Positions 10,736 through 20,846 of a stretch of DNA of 63,485 nucleotides are shown here, in pieces. The stretch covers positions 1 through 63,485 of the forward strand of contig JBBIJK010000007.1 in the NCBI GenBank assembly GCA_037445995.1, in the 5' to 3' direction. The notes under the pieces are model-generated. The model was not told the DNA's origin, did no database searches, and saw only the letters and a list, made by a program, of their open reading frames with translations. The position numbers were made by a program, and so were the translations under genes. The stretch's first letter is position 1; every line of letters begins with the position of its first letter. The stretch is from Actinomycetota bacterium (GTDB taxonomy: Bacteria; Actinomycetota; Coriobacteriia; Anaerosomatales; D1FN1-002).

Positions 10736-12718
10736 TCAGGCCTGGACCGCGCCCTCGGGTGCGCCAGGCGAGGGCGGCTCGTCGGCTTTGGGCTTGCGGG
10801 CGCGGCCAGAGGGAGCGGCCTTCTTCGCGGCCGCGGCCTCTTCGGCTGCCACCCGCTCGGCGGCGACGAACTCCTCCCAGCGGCCCTCGAGCAGAGCCAC
10901 AAGCTGGTCCTTGTCCACGGTCTCGCGCTCCACCAGCACCTTGGCCATGAGGTCGAGCTGGCCGCGGCGCTCCGCCAGGACGGTCCGGGCCTTGTCGAAC
11001 GCCTCGTCGATCAGGCGGGAGACCTCCTTGTCGATCTCGAAGGCGATCTCCTGGCTGTAGTCGGGGTTGGCCGTGAAATCGCGTCCGAGGAAGACCTCGT
11101 GGTTGGCGTCGCCGAACGTCTGAGGCCCGAGCTTCTCGCTCATGCCGTACCGCGTCACCATCTGCTTGGCGAGCTTGGTCGCGCGCTCGATGTCGTTGGA
11201 GGCTCCCGTGGTGATGTCGCCGATGGCCAGCTCCTCGGCGACCCGGCCGCCCAGCAGCATCGCGATGTCGTCGAGCATCTCGCCGCGCTTGGTGAGGAAC
11301 TTGTCCTCCGTGGGGAGCGCGAGGGTGTAGCCGAGCGCCCTGCCGCGGCTCACGATCGAGATCTTGTGTATCGGGTCGGCGTTGGGCAGGACGTGGCCGA
11401 CCAGGGCGTGCCCCGCTTCGTGGTAGGCGATGACCCGCTTCTCCTCGTCGGAGATGACGCGCGCCTTGCGCTCAGGGCCGGAGATGACACGCTCGATGGC
11501 TTCCTCGAGCTCCTCCATGTCGATCTTCTTCTTGCCGTGACGAGCCGACAGCAGGGCCGCCTCGTTGACCAGGTTCGCGAGGTCGGCGCCGGTGAAGCCC
11601 GGGGTCCGGCGCGCGAGGATCTCCATGTCGACCTCGTCGGTCATGGGCTTGCCGCGCTGGTGGATCTTGAGGATCCCGTGACGGCCCTTCAGGTCCGGGC
11701 GGTCGACCACTACCTGGCGGTCGAAGCGGCCGGGGCGCAGCAGAGCCGGGTCCAGGATGTCGGGCCGGTTGGTGGCCGCGATCAGGATGACGTTGTCCTT
11801 GAGGTCGAAGCCGTCCATCTCGACCAGCAGCTGGTTCAGAGTCTGCTCGCGCTCGTCGTGCCCCCCGCCCAGGCCAGCCCCGCGCTGACGACCGACAGCG
11901 TCGATCTCGTCGACGAAGATGATGCAGGGGGCTGCGGCCTTGGCCTGCTCGAAGAGGTCCCTCACTCGGCTGGCGCCCACGCCTACGAACATCTCGACGA
12001 AGTCAGAGCCTGAGATCGAGAAGAACGGGACCGCGGCCTCGCCGGCCACGGCCCGCGCCAGGAGGGTCTTGCCGGTGCCCGGAGGGCCGACCAGCAGCAC
12101 GCCCTTGGGGATCTTGGCGCCCAGCGCCTGGAACTTACCAGGGTTGGCGAGATACTCCTTGATCTCCTCGAGCTCCTCGACCGCCTCGTCGCACCCGGCC
12201 ACGTCCTTGAAGGTGATGCGCGGCTGGTCGCGGGTCATCCGCTTGGCCTTGGCCTTGCCGAAAGACATTACCTTGGAGTTGCCGCCCTGCATCTGCTGCA
12301 TGAAGAAGATCACAAAGAAGATCAGCGCCCCGACGAGCAGCAGGTTGAACACGATGGAGCCCCATGGGATGGTGGCGGAGACGTCGATCTCGTACTTGAA
12401 GGTGGCCGGGAACTGCCTCTTGGTCTGCGCGAGAAGCTCGTAGAAGGCGTCGTCGCCGGCGTAGGTGGAGGTGAACGCCTCCAGGCCGGCCTCGCCCTTC
12501 TTCTTGGCGGCCTCGTCGGGATACCACGACCCCGTGACCTCGCCGCGCTGCGCCTCGGCGACCAGCTCCGCCACGCGGCCCTGCTCGAGTGCGACCTGCA
12601 TGGCGGCGGTGTCTATCGCCTTGGGCGGTGGCGCGGCCACGGTGAAGCGGCTGACGAGTACCGCTGCCAGGGCGATGAGGAACAGATAGAGCAGCGCGGT
12701 CCTGACGTTCTTGTTCAC
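10736..12718 (-). CDS. ftsH: ATP-dependent zinc metalloprotease FtsH
   Basis: Two N-terminal TM; GPPGTGKT Walker A; second region of homology; HEAGH zinc motif. Confidence 0.98.
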   Translation of the reverse strand: MNKNVRTALLYLFLIALAAVLVSRFTVAAPPPKAIDTAAMQVALEQGRVAELVAEAQRGEVTGSWYPDEAAKKKGEAGLEAFTSTYAGDDAFYELLAQTKRQFPATFKYEIDVSATIPWGSIVFNLLLVGALIFFVIFFMQQMQGGNSKVMSFGKAKAKRMTRDQPRITFKDVAGCDEAVEELEEIKEYLANPGKFQALGAKIPKGVLLVGPPGTGKTLLARAVAGEAAVPFFSISGSDFVEMFVGVGASRVRDLFEQAKAAAPCIIFVDEIDAVGRQRGAGLGGGHDEREQTLNQLLVEMDGFDLKDNVILIAATNRPDILDPALLRPGRFDRQVVVDRPDLKGRHGILKIHQRGKPMTDEVDMEILARRTPGFTGADLANLVNEAALLSARHGKKKIDMEELEEAIERVISGPERKARVISDEEKRVIAYHEAGHALVGHVLPNADPIHKISIVSRGRALGYTLALPTEDKFLTKRGEMLDDIAMLLGGRVAEELAIGDITTGASNDIERATKLAKQMVTRYGMSEKLGPQTFGDANHEVFLGRDFTANPDYSQEIAFEIDKEVSRLIDEAFDKARTVLAERRGQLDLMAKVLVERETVDKDQLVALLEGRWEEFVAAERVAAEEAAAAKKAAPSGRARKPKADEPPSPGAPEGAVQA

Positions 12719-12746
12719 GAGCAGCCCTTCACCTCAGAGGGCGCCT

Positions 12747-13286
12747 TCAGGCGCCGATCGCCTCGGGCTTCAGGACACCGACGTAAGGGAGGTTGCGATA
12801 CCTCTCCCCGTAGTCCAGGCCGTAGCCGACCACGAACTCGTCGGGAACCTCGAAGCCGACATACTTGCACTCGATAGGTACCCGCTGCTTGCCCTTCTTG
12901 CTCAGGAGGGTGACCACCTCGAGCGAAGCGGGCTTGCGGCTGGCGATGTTGCGCAGCAGATATTTCAGGGTCAGCCCGGTGTCGAGGATGTCCTCGACCA
13001 CGAGAACGTGCCGGCCCTCCACGCTCTCGTCGAGGTCCTTGAGGATGCGGACCACACCGGAGGACTTCGTCGAGGATCCGTACGAGGACACCGCCATGAA
13101 ATCGATCTCCACCGGGGTCGTGATGCGGCGCGCGAGGTCGGCCACGAACAGGGACGCGCCTCGCAGGACCGCCACGAGGAGGATCGGCTGGCCGCCGTAG
13201 TCGACGCTGATCCGCTCGCCGAGATCGACCACCCGCTCGCGGATGGCCTCCTCGCTGACCACGATCTGTTGGATGTCGGCGTGCAT
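12747..13286 (-). CDS. hpt: Hypoxanthine phosphoribosyltransferase
   Basis: VSSYG, VLVVEDILDTGLTL PRPP motif, FVVGYGLDY.E.YRNLP. Confidence 0.96.
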   Translation of the reverse strand: MHADIQQIVVSEEAIRERVVDLGERISVDYGGQPILLVAVLRGASLFVADLARRITTPVEIDFMAVSSYGSSTKSSGVVRILKDLDESVEGRHVLVVEDILDTGLTLKYLLRNIASRKPASLEVVTLLSKKGKQRVPIECKYVGFEVPDEFVVGYGLDYGERYRNLPYVGVLKPEAIGA

Positions 13287-13361
13287 CGGGCGGGGCCTCC
13301 GAGGCTTCGGTCGGCGGTCTCCATGCAACCGGGGTGCCACGAAGGGTCCCCGGCGGAACCG

Positions 13362-14777
13362 CTATTCTACCCCACCTCCGCGCTCCCAACGCAGCAGCAC
13401 CGCGCGGCTGGTTCCGGGACCGACCTTGGCGTCCTCGGAGACCCGCACCCCGGCCACCCACACCACCGTGTCACCCGAGCGGACGACCGGGGTGAGCGGC
13501 CGCAGGCGCTCGGGCACCTTCTCGTCGGTCAGCAGGTCGCCGACCTTCTTGCGGCCCGACATCCCGAGGGGTCGTATGCGGTCACCGGGCCGCGGCGGAC
13601 CCACCGCCAGCGGGAACTCCAGGACGCCCGCGTCGAGCAGGGCCGCGTCGGGATCGCGGGGTACCTCACCGGGCGGCCAGGGCCGCGCCGTCATCCTCCC
13701 GGCCGAGCCCAGCGACACCTCGCCGGGCAGGGCGAGCGACCCGGGCTCGACGCGGAACCCCGCCGCGCCGACGCGCCTTACAGCGAGCGCCTCCGCCTCG
13801 GTGCGTGCGTGGAGCCCGCCGGTGACGTCGCGCGCGAAGCCGTCGTCGGCAAGGCCGTCCACGAGCGCCTCGATGTGCGAGGCCTCGATCCTCGAGGCCT
13901 CCGGGAAGGCGCCGCGCACAGCGTGAAGGACGGTGCGCCTGGCCACAGGCCGGGTCAGGGTCGACATCATGGCCCTATCGAACAGCAGGGTCCCGTCGGG
14001 TTCGACCGCTGCGAAGTCCCTGGCGAACGCGGCGGCCATGCCGCCGAGCAGGTCCTCCTCCTCGGTAAGCACGCGCAGCGTCCGCGCGAAGTGCTCGCGC
14101 CAGTCGGGAGCGGCCTGAGCGAGCGCGGGCAGGACCGTGTGGCGCACCCGGGCCCGCAGGCGCGTGGTATCCAGGTTGCTGGGGTCCTCGCGCCACTCCT
14201 GCCCGATCGCCGCAAGATGCTCGACGACCTGGGCGCGCGACGCGTCCGCCAGGGGGCGGACCACCCTTCCCCGGACCGGCCGCAGGCCCGTGAGCCCGCC
14301 CGTGCCCGCGCCGGTCAGGGCGCGCATGACGAAGGTCTCGATGCGGTCGTCCAGCGTGTGCGCGACGGCGATGCGCCCCCGCCGCGGGTCGACACCTGCC
14401 TCGCCGCAGCGGGCGTCCAGCTCCTCGTCGGCCAGCGCGTAGCGCAGCCGCCTCCCGGCGTCCTCGACGTTCAGGCCCTGCTCCCTCGCATACCCTCCTA
14501 CGTCCATGCGCTCCACGCGAAGAGGGATCCCCAGCCGCTCGCACAGAGCGCCCACCCACGAGGCGTCCTCGCCCGATTCGTCCCGAAGCCCGTGGTCGAG
14601 GTGGAGCGCCGACAGGCGATGGGTCCCCAACCCGCCAGCGGCCAGCAGCCGGAGCAGCGCGACCGAGTCGGCGCCGCCCGACACCATGGCGACTACGACG
14701 CACCCGTCGGGGAGCATGGAGTGCTCTTCGACGGTGCCACGGGCCCTCACCGCCAGCGGTGTCGCCTCGCCGCTCAC
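13362..14777 (-). CDS. tilS: tRNA(Ile)-lysidine synthetase
   Basis: SGGADS PP-loop, LDHGLR, AHTLDD.IET, EDPSN; C-terminal KKV.DLL.DEKVP domain. Confidence 0.95.
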   Translation of the reverse strand: MSGEATPLAVRARGTVEEHSMLPDGCVVVAMVSGGADSVALLRLLAAGGLGTHRLSALHLDHGLRDESGEDASWVGALCERLGIPLRVERMDVGGYAREQGLNVEDAGRRLRYALADEELDARCGEAGVDPRRGRIAVAHTLDDRIETFVMRALTGAGTGGLTGLRPVRGRVVRPLADASRAQVVEHLAAIGQEWREDPSNLDTTRLRARVRHTVLPALAQAAPDWREHFARTLRVLTEEEDLLGGMAAAFARDFAAVEPDGTLLFDRAMMSTLTRPVARRTVLHAVRGAFPEASRIEASHIEALVDGLADDGFARDVTGGLHARTEAEALAVRRVGAAGFRVEPGSLALPGEVSLGSAGRMTARPWPPGEVPRDPDAALLDAGVLEFPLAVGPPRPGDRIRPLGMSGRKKVGDLLTDEKVPERLRPLTPVVRSGDTVVWVAGVRVSEDAKVGPGTSRAVLLRWERGGGVE

Positions 14778-15256
14778 AGCCAGCCCTTCTCGCGCGCCAT
14801 CCCCACCACCCACGCGGCGCAGGAGCCGCAAAGCTCGGCGCAGTGCGCCCACCGCTGCGGGTGGCGCATCCCGCCGTGCCGGGTCGCTATCTCGTCGCAG
14901 GTGGAGGCGTCCTGGTCGGCGACGAAGCGCCGCCTCAGCTCGCCTGCGGCATCGTAGCTGGGCTCCCACGGGTCCCGCGGGGACTCTCGGCCGGACAGCA
15001 GCCCGACCGCCATCACCGCGCCTGCGAGGGCACCGCATGTGCAGCGCGAGCCGCCGAAGCCCTCGCAAAAGCCGCTGGCCAGACGTACGACCTCAGGGGG
15101 CAACGGGTCACCCGCCGCCTCGCTCACCGCCTTGAGGACGGCCTCGCCGCACCACCATCCGGACTGGTACAGGCCAGCCGCACGGTCGCGCGCGCGCTCC
15201 TCGAGCGATGGCCCTGCGGCCTCCCGGCCTCCGATGGGATCCCTGTCCGCGTCCAT
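14774..15256 (-). CDS. C-GCAxxG-C-C family redox protein
   Basis: WCGEAVL, GF..GFGG..CTCGALAGA, two later Cys. Confidence 0.88.
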   Translation of the reverse strand: MDADRDPIGGREAAGPSLEERARDRAAGLYQSGWWCGEAVLKAVSEAAGDPLPPEVVRLASGFCEGFGGSRCTCGALAGAVMAVGLLSGRESPRDPWEPSYDAAGELRRRFVADQDASTCDEIATRHGGMRHPQRWAHCAELCGSCAAWVVGMAREKGWL

Positions 15257-15300
15257 GTCCAGCAGGTTAGCGGCGTGAGCCGGGCTCCGCCAGAGCGCTC

Positions 15301-16068
15301 TCAGGCGGCCGCATCGGCGGCGACGACCGCGCGAGGGGACACGGCGCGCTCCGCCACGCCGAGGAAAGCGTCCACTATCAGCGCCAGGCCGGCCGTCAGC
15401 AGGCCGCCCTGGAGTGTCACCGCGGGGTCGGCGTTCGCCAGCCCCGAGATGATGGGCGCGCCCAGACCCCCGGCGCCGGCGATCGCGCCGACCGTCGCCG
15501 TGGCTACGGTCACCGTGACCGACACCCGCACGCCGGTCATGATGACAGGCGCGGCCAGCGGCAGCTCTACGCGGCGCAGGGCCTGTGCGGGCGAGAGTCC
15601 CATCCCGCGGGCGCTCTCAAGCACGTCGGGGGGGAGGGCCCTCAGGCCCGTGATGGTGTTGCGGAGCACGGGCAGCACGCCGTAGAGCGCGAGCGCCAAG
15701 ACCGTCGGCTCGAAACCGAAACCCAGCACCGGCACGGCCAGCGTGAACACCGCCACCGGCGGGAAGGTCTGGCCCAGGTTGGCAAGGTCGGTCACCACAC
15801 CCAGCAGGTCCTCGCCGGAGGGCCGCGTCACGTAGACCCCCAGCGCCAGACCGGCGGACACCGACAGTGCGGCGGACAGTGCCACCAGCGCGAGATGCTC
15901 GCCCACGAGCTCCAGCGCCGGGTCCTGGAAGAGCACCCTCCCCTCCGCGGGGAACAGCCACCTCAGGGCCGGCTCCCAGAGGCCCGGCGAGGCCACCAGG
16001 GCCAAGTAGGCGGCGAGCGCGGCCGACGGCCACGCGAGCCCGCGGAGCGTCTCGCGCGAGACCTTCAC
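15301..16068 (-). CDS. Osmoprotectant ABC transporter permease (YehW-like)
   Basis: GQTFPPVAV, LYGVLPVLRNT, ESARGMG EAA loop, GAGGLG. Confidence 0.9.
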   Translation of the reverse strand: MKVSRETLRGLAWPSAALAAYLALVASPGLWEPALRWLFPAEGRVLFQDPALELVGEHLALVALSAALSVSAGLALGVYVTRPSGEDLLGVVTDLANLGQTFPPVAVFTLAVPVLGFGFEPTVLALALYGVLPVLRNTITGLRALPPDVLESARGMGLSPAQALRRVELPLAAPVIMTGVRVSVTVTVATATVGAIAGAGGLGAPIISGLANADPAVTLQGGLLTAGLALIVDAFLGVAERAVSPRAVVAADAAA

Positions 16069-17018
16069 GACAGCGGCTTTCCGAAGCGCTCGACGATCGC
16101 CTCGACGCTGACGCTGCCGATCGGGCGTCCGTCGGAGTCGACCACACCCACCGCGGGCTCTCCTGTCTCGAGGATCCGGGTCAGCGCGTCCCGCATCGTG
16201 GCTCCGGCGGAGACGGACGCGCCTGGCGCCCACCCCTCCAGCACCGGTCCCAGCGCCTCGGACACGCTGGCGAGCCCCAGCCTTCGCAGGGCGCGCTCGC
16301 CGCCTACGAACTCCAGGACGAACCGGTCGGCGGGGTACGCGAGGACCCGCTCGGGACGGTCGTGCTGCACGAGCCGCCCGTCCCTCATCACCGCGATGGA
16401 GTCGCCGAGCCGGATCGCCTCGTCGATGTCGTGCGTCACGAACACGACCGTCTTGCGAAGGCGGCGCTGGATGGCGGCGAACTCGCTTTGCAGCCGCTCC
16501 CGGGTCAGCGGGTCCACCGCCCCGAACGGCTCGTCCATGAGCAGCACGGGTGGATCGGCCGCGAGCGCGCGGGCCACCCCGACACGCTGGGCCTCGCCGC
16601 CGGACAGCTCGGAAGGGTAGGCCGAAGCGTGCCTCTCGGGGTCGAGACCGACGAGTTCGAGCAGCTCGGTGACCCTGCCGGCCACCCGACCCCGCTCCCA
16701 GCCCAGCAGTCCCGGGACGCACCCCACGTTCTCCCGGACGGTCCAGTGCGGGAACAGCCCGACGCCCTGGATGGCGTAGCCGATGCCGCGGCGCAGGGAA
16801 TCCGGCGGGATGTCGCGGACGTCCCGGCCGTCGAGACGGACGCGTCCGGCATCGGGCTCGACCAGGCGGTTCACCATCCGGAGGGTCGTCGACTTGCCGC
16901 ACCCGCTCGGCCCGACGAGCACGCACACCTCACCCGCTGGCACCTCCAGCGAGACGTCCGACACCGCCGCGCGCTCCGACCCCGGGTAGGTCCTGCACAC
17001 CGCCTCCAGCGAGATCAA
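16065..17018 (-). CDS. Osmoprotectant ABC transporter ATP-binding protein (YehX-like)
   Basis: GPSGCGKST, LSGGEAQR, LLMDEPFGAVDP; C-terminal CBS-like segment. Confidence 0.92.
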   Translation of the reverse strand: MISLEAVCRTYPGSERAAVSDVSLEVPAGEVCVLVGPSGCGKSTTLRMVNRLVEPDAGRVRLDGRDVRDIPPDSLRRGIGYAIQGVGLFPHWTVRENVGCVPGLLGWERGRVAGRVTELLELVGLDPERHASAYPSELSGGEAQRVGVARALAADPPVLLMDEPFGAVDPLTRERLQSEFAAIQRRLRKTVVFVTHDIDEAIRLGDSIAVMRDGRLVQHDRPERVLAYPADRFVLEFVGGERALRRLGLASVSEALGPVLEGWAPGASVSAGATMRDALTRILETGEPAVGVVDSDGRPIGSVSVEAIVERFGKPLS

Positions 17019-18208
17019 GGCGCGACACCTCCCTTGGCGGGCCACAGGACGCGCTGGACGGCGCGCAGCACCGCGTCGAAGCCGACCGCGAGCACGACGA
17101 TCGCGACCGACCCTACCATCATCAGGTCGGCCGACTGCTGTGCGAGGCCTCCGAAGACGAACAGGCCCAAGGTGCCCGCTGCCGCGAACGCGCCGAGCGT
17201 GGCGTTCCCGATCGCCTGGACGCCCGCGGTGCGCAGACCGGACGTGATCACCGGCGCCGCCATGGGCAGCCTCACCCTCGCAAGCACCTGCAGCGGTGTC
17301 ATCCCCATCCCGATGCCAGCGTCGACCGTCTCGGGGGGCACGCCCCGGAGCCCCGCGTAGGTGTTGCGCACAACCGGGAGGAGCGCGTAGAGGGTCAGGG
17401 CGATGACGACCGGCGCCCAGCCCAGCCCGCCGAAGCCGACCGATCGCAGCCAGGGCAGGGCGTGCGACAGCTGCGCGAGTGGGGCGACCAGGATGCCGAT
17501 CATCGCCAGCCCCGGGATGGTCTGCACGGCTCCGACCAGCGCCAGGATCGGACCCGCCGTGCTGCGGCGCCTGAACGCCAGCACGCCCAAGGGGACTCCC
17601 ACCAGCACGGCGAGCCCCGCGGACGCGGCCGAAAGCGCGAGGTGCCAGCCAGCTTCCGCCCAGAAACGCGGCCCCTGGTTGGCGTACTCGCGAGCCATCC
17701 CGGTCGCGTCGAGCGCGCCGCTTGCCAGCAATGCCAGGACACCCGCCGGAGCGGCGAGCGACACGGCCGACGACCAGAGACCGCCCGGGCGGAGCTCGCG
17801 ACGCGAGGCGAGCACGACGGCCTGCGCCGCCACGACCCCCACCCACACGCCGGCGCCCACTGAGACGCGCGCGAACCCGCCGACGAGGGCCCCGAGCCGG
17901 GCCGCGGCGTCACCGGAGAGCCAAACGAGGGCGACGATGGCCCCGGACGCGACAAGACCGCGGGCGGCGGAGAGCGCCCCGGCCCGCCCGCGGCCGATGG
18001 AGAGCGCCGCAAGCGACAGCCACAGGAGGAGGAGCGCCAGCGCCTGCCAGGACTCGAGCGCGTCGAGGGATGGCACGCCGATGCCCGACTGGATGCGGCT
18101 GGCGCGAAGGGTCGCGAACGGGAGCAGCAGCCCGGCGGCGATCCCGGACGCGCTCGCCATGAGCCCCACCCGGTGAACGCCCCGCGGGCTCAACCTCTTG
18201 GCCGACAC
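17015..18208 (-). CDS. Osmoprotectant ABC transporter permease (YehY-like)
   Basis: QTIPGLA, LYALLPVVRNT, DAGIGMG; extended N-terminal membrane region. Confidence 0.9.
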   Translation of the reverse strand: MSAKRLSPRGVHRVGLMASASGIAAGLLLPFATLRASRIQSGIGVPSLDALESWQALALLLLWLSLAALSIGRGRAGALSAARGLVASGAIVALVWLSGDAAARLGALVGGFARVSVGAGVWVGVVAAQAVVLASRRELRPGGLWSSAVSLAAPAGVLALLASGALDATGMAREYANQGPRFWAEAGWHLALSAASAGLAVLVGVPLGVLAFRRRSTAGPILALVGAVQTIPGLAMIGILVAPLAQLSHALPWLRSVGFGGLGWAPVVIALTLYALLPVVRNTYAGLRGVPPETVDAGIGMGMTPLQVLARVRLPMAAPVITSGLRTAGVQAIGNATLGAFAAAGTLGLFVFGGLAQQSADLMMVGSVAIVVLAVGFDAVLRAVQRVLWPAKGGVAP

Positions 18209-18223
18209 CGCCCGCGCCGCCGC

Positions 18224-19159
18224 CTACCGCAGGAACCCGCCCGTCGTCAGAAACTCCTTGGCGACGGCCTCCGCGGACTCACCGTTGACCTGGATCTGCG
18301 CGTTGAGCCGCTGGAGGACCTCGACCGTCAGCGCCTCGAACACCGGTGCCAGCACCATCTCTATCTCCGGGTAGGCGTCGATGACCTCTTTGCGCGCGAT
18401 CGGTGTCGGCCAGTACACGAGCTGGGCGCCGAGATCGTCCTCCAGCACTATCAGCCCGAGATCGGCCAGCGCGCCGTCGGTCCCGTACGCCATCCCGAAG
18501 TTGACGCCGTCGGTGCCCTCAGCCGCGGCCTTCTCGGTCTGGGCGGTGTTGCCGCCCGAGAGCGTCAACCTCTGGTCCTTGGCGATCTGGTATCCGTAGG
18601 TCTTCTCGAACGCGGGATTGGCGTCGGGGTTGTTGAAGAACTCGTCGGACGCGGCGATCTTGACGGTCTTGCCGGCCTTCACGTAGGCCGCGAAGTCCGA
18701 CATCGTCTTCAGGCCCTCGCGCTCGGCGAAGTCGGCGCGGGTCGCGATGAGCCAGGTGTTGTTGGCCCTGGCCGGCGTCAGCCACACCACCGAGTTCCTC
18801 TCCAGGTCGGCGGCCTTGACGGTCTGGTATCCCTTCTCGGCGTCCTTGTACGCTTCGGGATCGGAGCCCTCGAAGAAGAGCAGTCCGCTGCCGGTGTACT
18901 CGGGGTAGATGTCGATCTCGCCTGCGAGCAGGGCCGCGCGGACCACGTCGGTGGTGCCTGTCTGGCTCTTGTCGACGACCTCGAAACCGTTGCCCGCGAG
19001 CAGTTGACGGATGATCTCGGAGAGAAGCTCCCCCTCAGTGTCGATCTTGGACCCTACCGTGATGGGACCCTTGGCCTTCGGGGCCTCCGTCCCGCCGCAA
19101 CCTGACATCGCGAATGCCAGGACGAGAGCGGACATCAAGGCGATGACGAGGCGCTTCAT
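18224..19159 (-). CDS. osmF: Glycine betaine/osmoprotectant ABC substrate-binding lipoprotein
   Basis: Lipobox MSGC; VGSKIDTEG, GEIDIYPEYTG, ANNTW.I, AYGTDG. Confidence 0.88.
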   Translation of the reverse strand: MKRLVIALMSALVLAFAMSGCGGTEAPKAKGPITVGSKIDTEGELLSEIIRQLLAGNGFEVVDKSQTGTTDVVRAALLAGEIDIYPEYTGSGLLFFEGSDPEAYKDAEKGYQTVKAADLERNSVVWLTPARANNTWLIATRADFAEREGLKTMSDFAAYVKAGKTVKIAASDEFFNNPDANPAFEKTYGYQIAKDQRLTLSGGNTAQTEKAAAEGTDGVNFGMAYGTDGALADLGLIVLEDDLGAQLVYWPTPIARKEVIDAYPEIEMVLAPVFEALTVEVLQRLNAQIQVNGESAEAVAKEFLTTGGFLR

Positions 19160-19190
19160 GGATACCCCCACTGGTTGGCAGCGTGCGTCA

Positions 19191-19234
19191 ATCATACCCC
19201 TGCCGGACCTCCTCGCACCGCGCGCTGGTACAAT
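19191..19234. promoter_or_regulatory. Divergent -10 boxes for osmF (minus, TATGAT) and glycan cluster (plus, TGgTACAAT)
   Basis: atcata at 19191-19196 and tacaat at 19229-19234 in the divergent gap. Confidence 0.5.
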
Positions 19235-19269
19235 CGCCCGGTAGGACAGGCCTCGACGCCGGAGCGCCA

Positions 19270-20310
19270 GTGCCAGTACCACGCATCCGTCAGCTGGCGA
19301 TCACCCTCGCCATCGCGCTGCCGCTGGCGGGCTCCCTTGCCTTGGGTGAGAGGCTCACCCGTCCCGACGCGGCCCTCCTGGAGGAGGCGCTGAACGCCGA
19401 GCGCGAGGTCCTGCATCCCGAAGGCGCCGCCCCCGGCGAACAGGACCACTACCCGATCGACATGCGGACGATGGTGGAGCGGATCCGCTCGGGCGCCTTC
19501 TCGACCCCGCCTCTGGATCCCGCGGGCGTCCCTTGGGTGCTGTACAAGGAGGACGACACGGGTCAGGACGACAGTGTCCGGCACTACAACCCCGTTACGG
19601 TCGCTCAGTACGCCCTTGGGCTCTACGAGATGCACCTGCACGGGGACGAGAAGGCGCTAGCCGACTTCCTGGTCCAGGCTCGCTGGCTGAAGGACCGCAT
19701 GACCCCGGAGGGGCGTCTGGAGTACCGCTTCGACTACCTCCCCAGAGGGCTGGAGTCGGGGTGGATCTCGGCCATGGCCCAGGGCGAGGCGATCTCCGTG
19801 CTGGTGCGCGCCCATCGCGTGACCTCTGACGCGGCGTTCCTTGACGCGGCGAGGCTCGCGTACACCCCGCTCGACACTCCCGTGAGCCGGGGTGGTGTGC
19901 TGCTGCTCGACGGCGAGGACACCTGGCTCGAGGAGTACCCGCAGGAGCCACCGTCCCACGTGCTCAACGGCCACATCTTCGCGCTGTGGGGGGTCCGGGA
20001 CCTGCACCTCGCCACCGGCGAAGAGAGCATCGGCGCCCGCTACGACGCCGCCGCCGACACCCTGGCTCGGCATCTGCCCGAGTACGAGCGGGACGGTTGG
20101 CTGCTCTACCAGCTCGGGGAGCCCGGACCAGCCCGGCGGCAGTACTACGGACTGCAGCTCGACCAGGTACGGGCGCTGGCCCTCATGACCGGGGATGCCA
20201 GGTTCGAGGAGGCCGCCAGACGCTGGGCCCTGCCGTTCGAGCAGCCGCTAGTGTGGCGCGCGGGACGGGCGTGGGCCAGGGCGGTCGAGCGTGTCGGGGT
20301 GGGCAGATGA
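19270..20310 (+). CDS. D-glucuronyl C5-epimerase family protein with N-terminal membrane anchor
   Basis: YNPVTVAQYALG, W.SAMAQGEAISVLVRA, WLEEYP..PPSHVLNGHIFALWG; GTG start behind GGAG inferred. Confidence 0.85.
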   Translation: MPVPRIRQLAITLAIALPLAGSLALGERLTRPDAALLEEALNAEREVLHPEGAAPGEQDHYPIDMRTMVERIRSGAFSTPPLDPAGVPWVLYKEDDTGQDDSVRHYNPVTVAQYALGLYEMHLHGDEKALADFLVQARWLKDRMTPEGRLEYRFDYLPRGLESGWISAMAQGEAISVLVRAHRVTSDAAFLDAARLAYTPLDTPVSRGGVLLLDGEDTWLEEYPQEPPSHVLNGHIFALWGVRDLHLATGEESIGARYDAAADTLARHLPEYERDGWLLYQLGEPGPARRQYYGLQLDQVRALALMTGDARFEEAARRWALPFEQPLVWRAGRAWARAVERVGVGR

Positions 20311-20846
20311 GCCGGCCGCGCCGCGCCGGGTGGGACGCCCCCTCGGCCATCACCCTCGCAACCGTCCTGATCTTCGCGCTGTTGACCGTGGGAGACGCGC
20401 GACGCGGCTTCTCCGACTGGCAGCTTCCCGCTCCGGACTTCTCCGGGGACGACTATGCCGCGATCGTCCTGACCCGGGCCGACAGGGACTCGAGCTCGCT
20501 TGTGGGCATCGCGCTCCGACAGGACCCCGGCCAGGTGCGACTCGAGAAGGTCGCGTACCCGGCGGACCTCGACCTGATGCGCGACCGCATCGAGTACGGG
20601 GGCCGGATGCTCTCTCCGGTATGGCCGCGGTACGTCACCGACGTGCTCGCGGGTAAGGTCGCTTCCGAGACCTACGACCCCGTCCTGAGCCGCGAGGACT
20701 GGGATGCGCTCCGGAGGTCCGGCACGCTGGTCCCCTACGGCGACGAGGTGCTCGTGGACCGCTCGAGCCCCGGAGCCACGGCCTTTCGGGTGTTCACCGA
20801 TCCCGCGCGCGAGGTCTTCGTGGTCCTGCCGGAGGCCTCGCGGTGA
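20307..20846 (+). CDS. Hypothetical membrane-anchored protein
   Basis: ATGA overlap with upstream gene; single N-terminal hydrophobic helix; fills gap exactly. Confidence 0.7.
   Translation: MSRPRRAGWDAPSAITLATVLIFALLTVGDARRGFSDWQLPAPDFSGDDYAAIVLTRADRDSSSLVGIALRQDPGQVRLEKVAYPADLDLMRDRIEYGGRMLSPVWPRYVTDVLAGKVASETYDPVLSREDWDALRRSGTLVPYGDEVLVDRSSPGATAFRVFTDPAREVFVVLPEASR

Noticed and set aside
8509-10950. 813-aa plus-strand ORF and similar long ORFs (12711-14957, 4979-6739, 41678-43126)
   Set aside because: Antisense shadows of well-supported genes; expected in high-GC DNA; no motifs
14774-15256. Selenocysteine read-through in the C-GCAxxG-C-C protein, HgcA or the redoxins
   Set aside because: Expected positions are encoded as Cys and no in-frame TGA is needed
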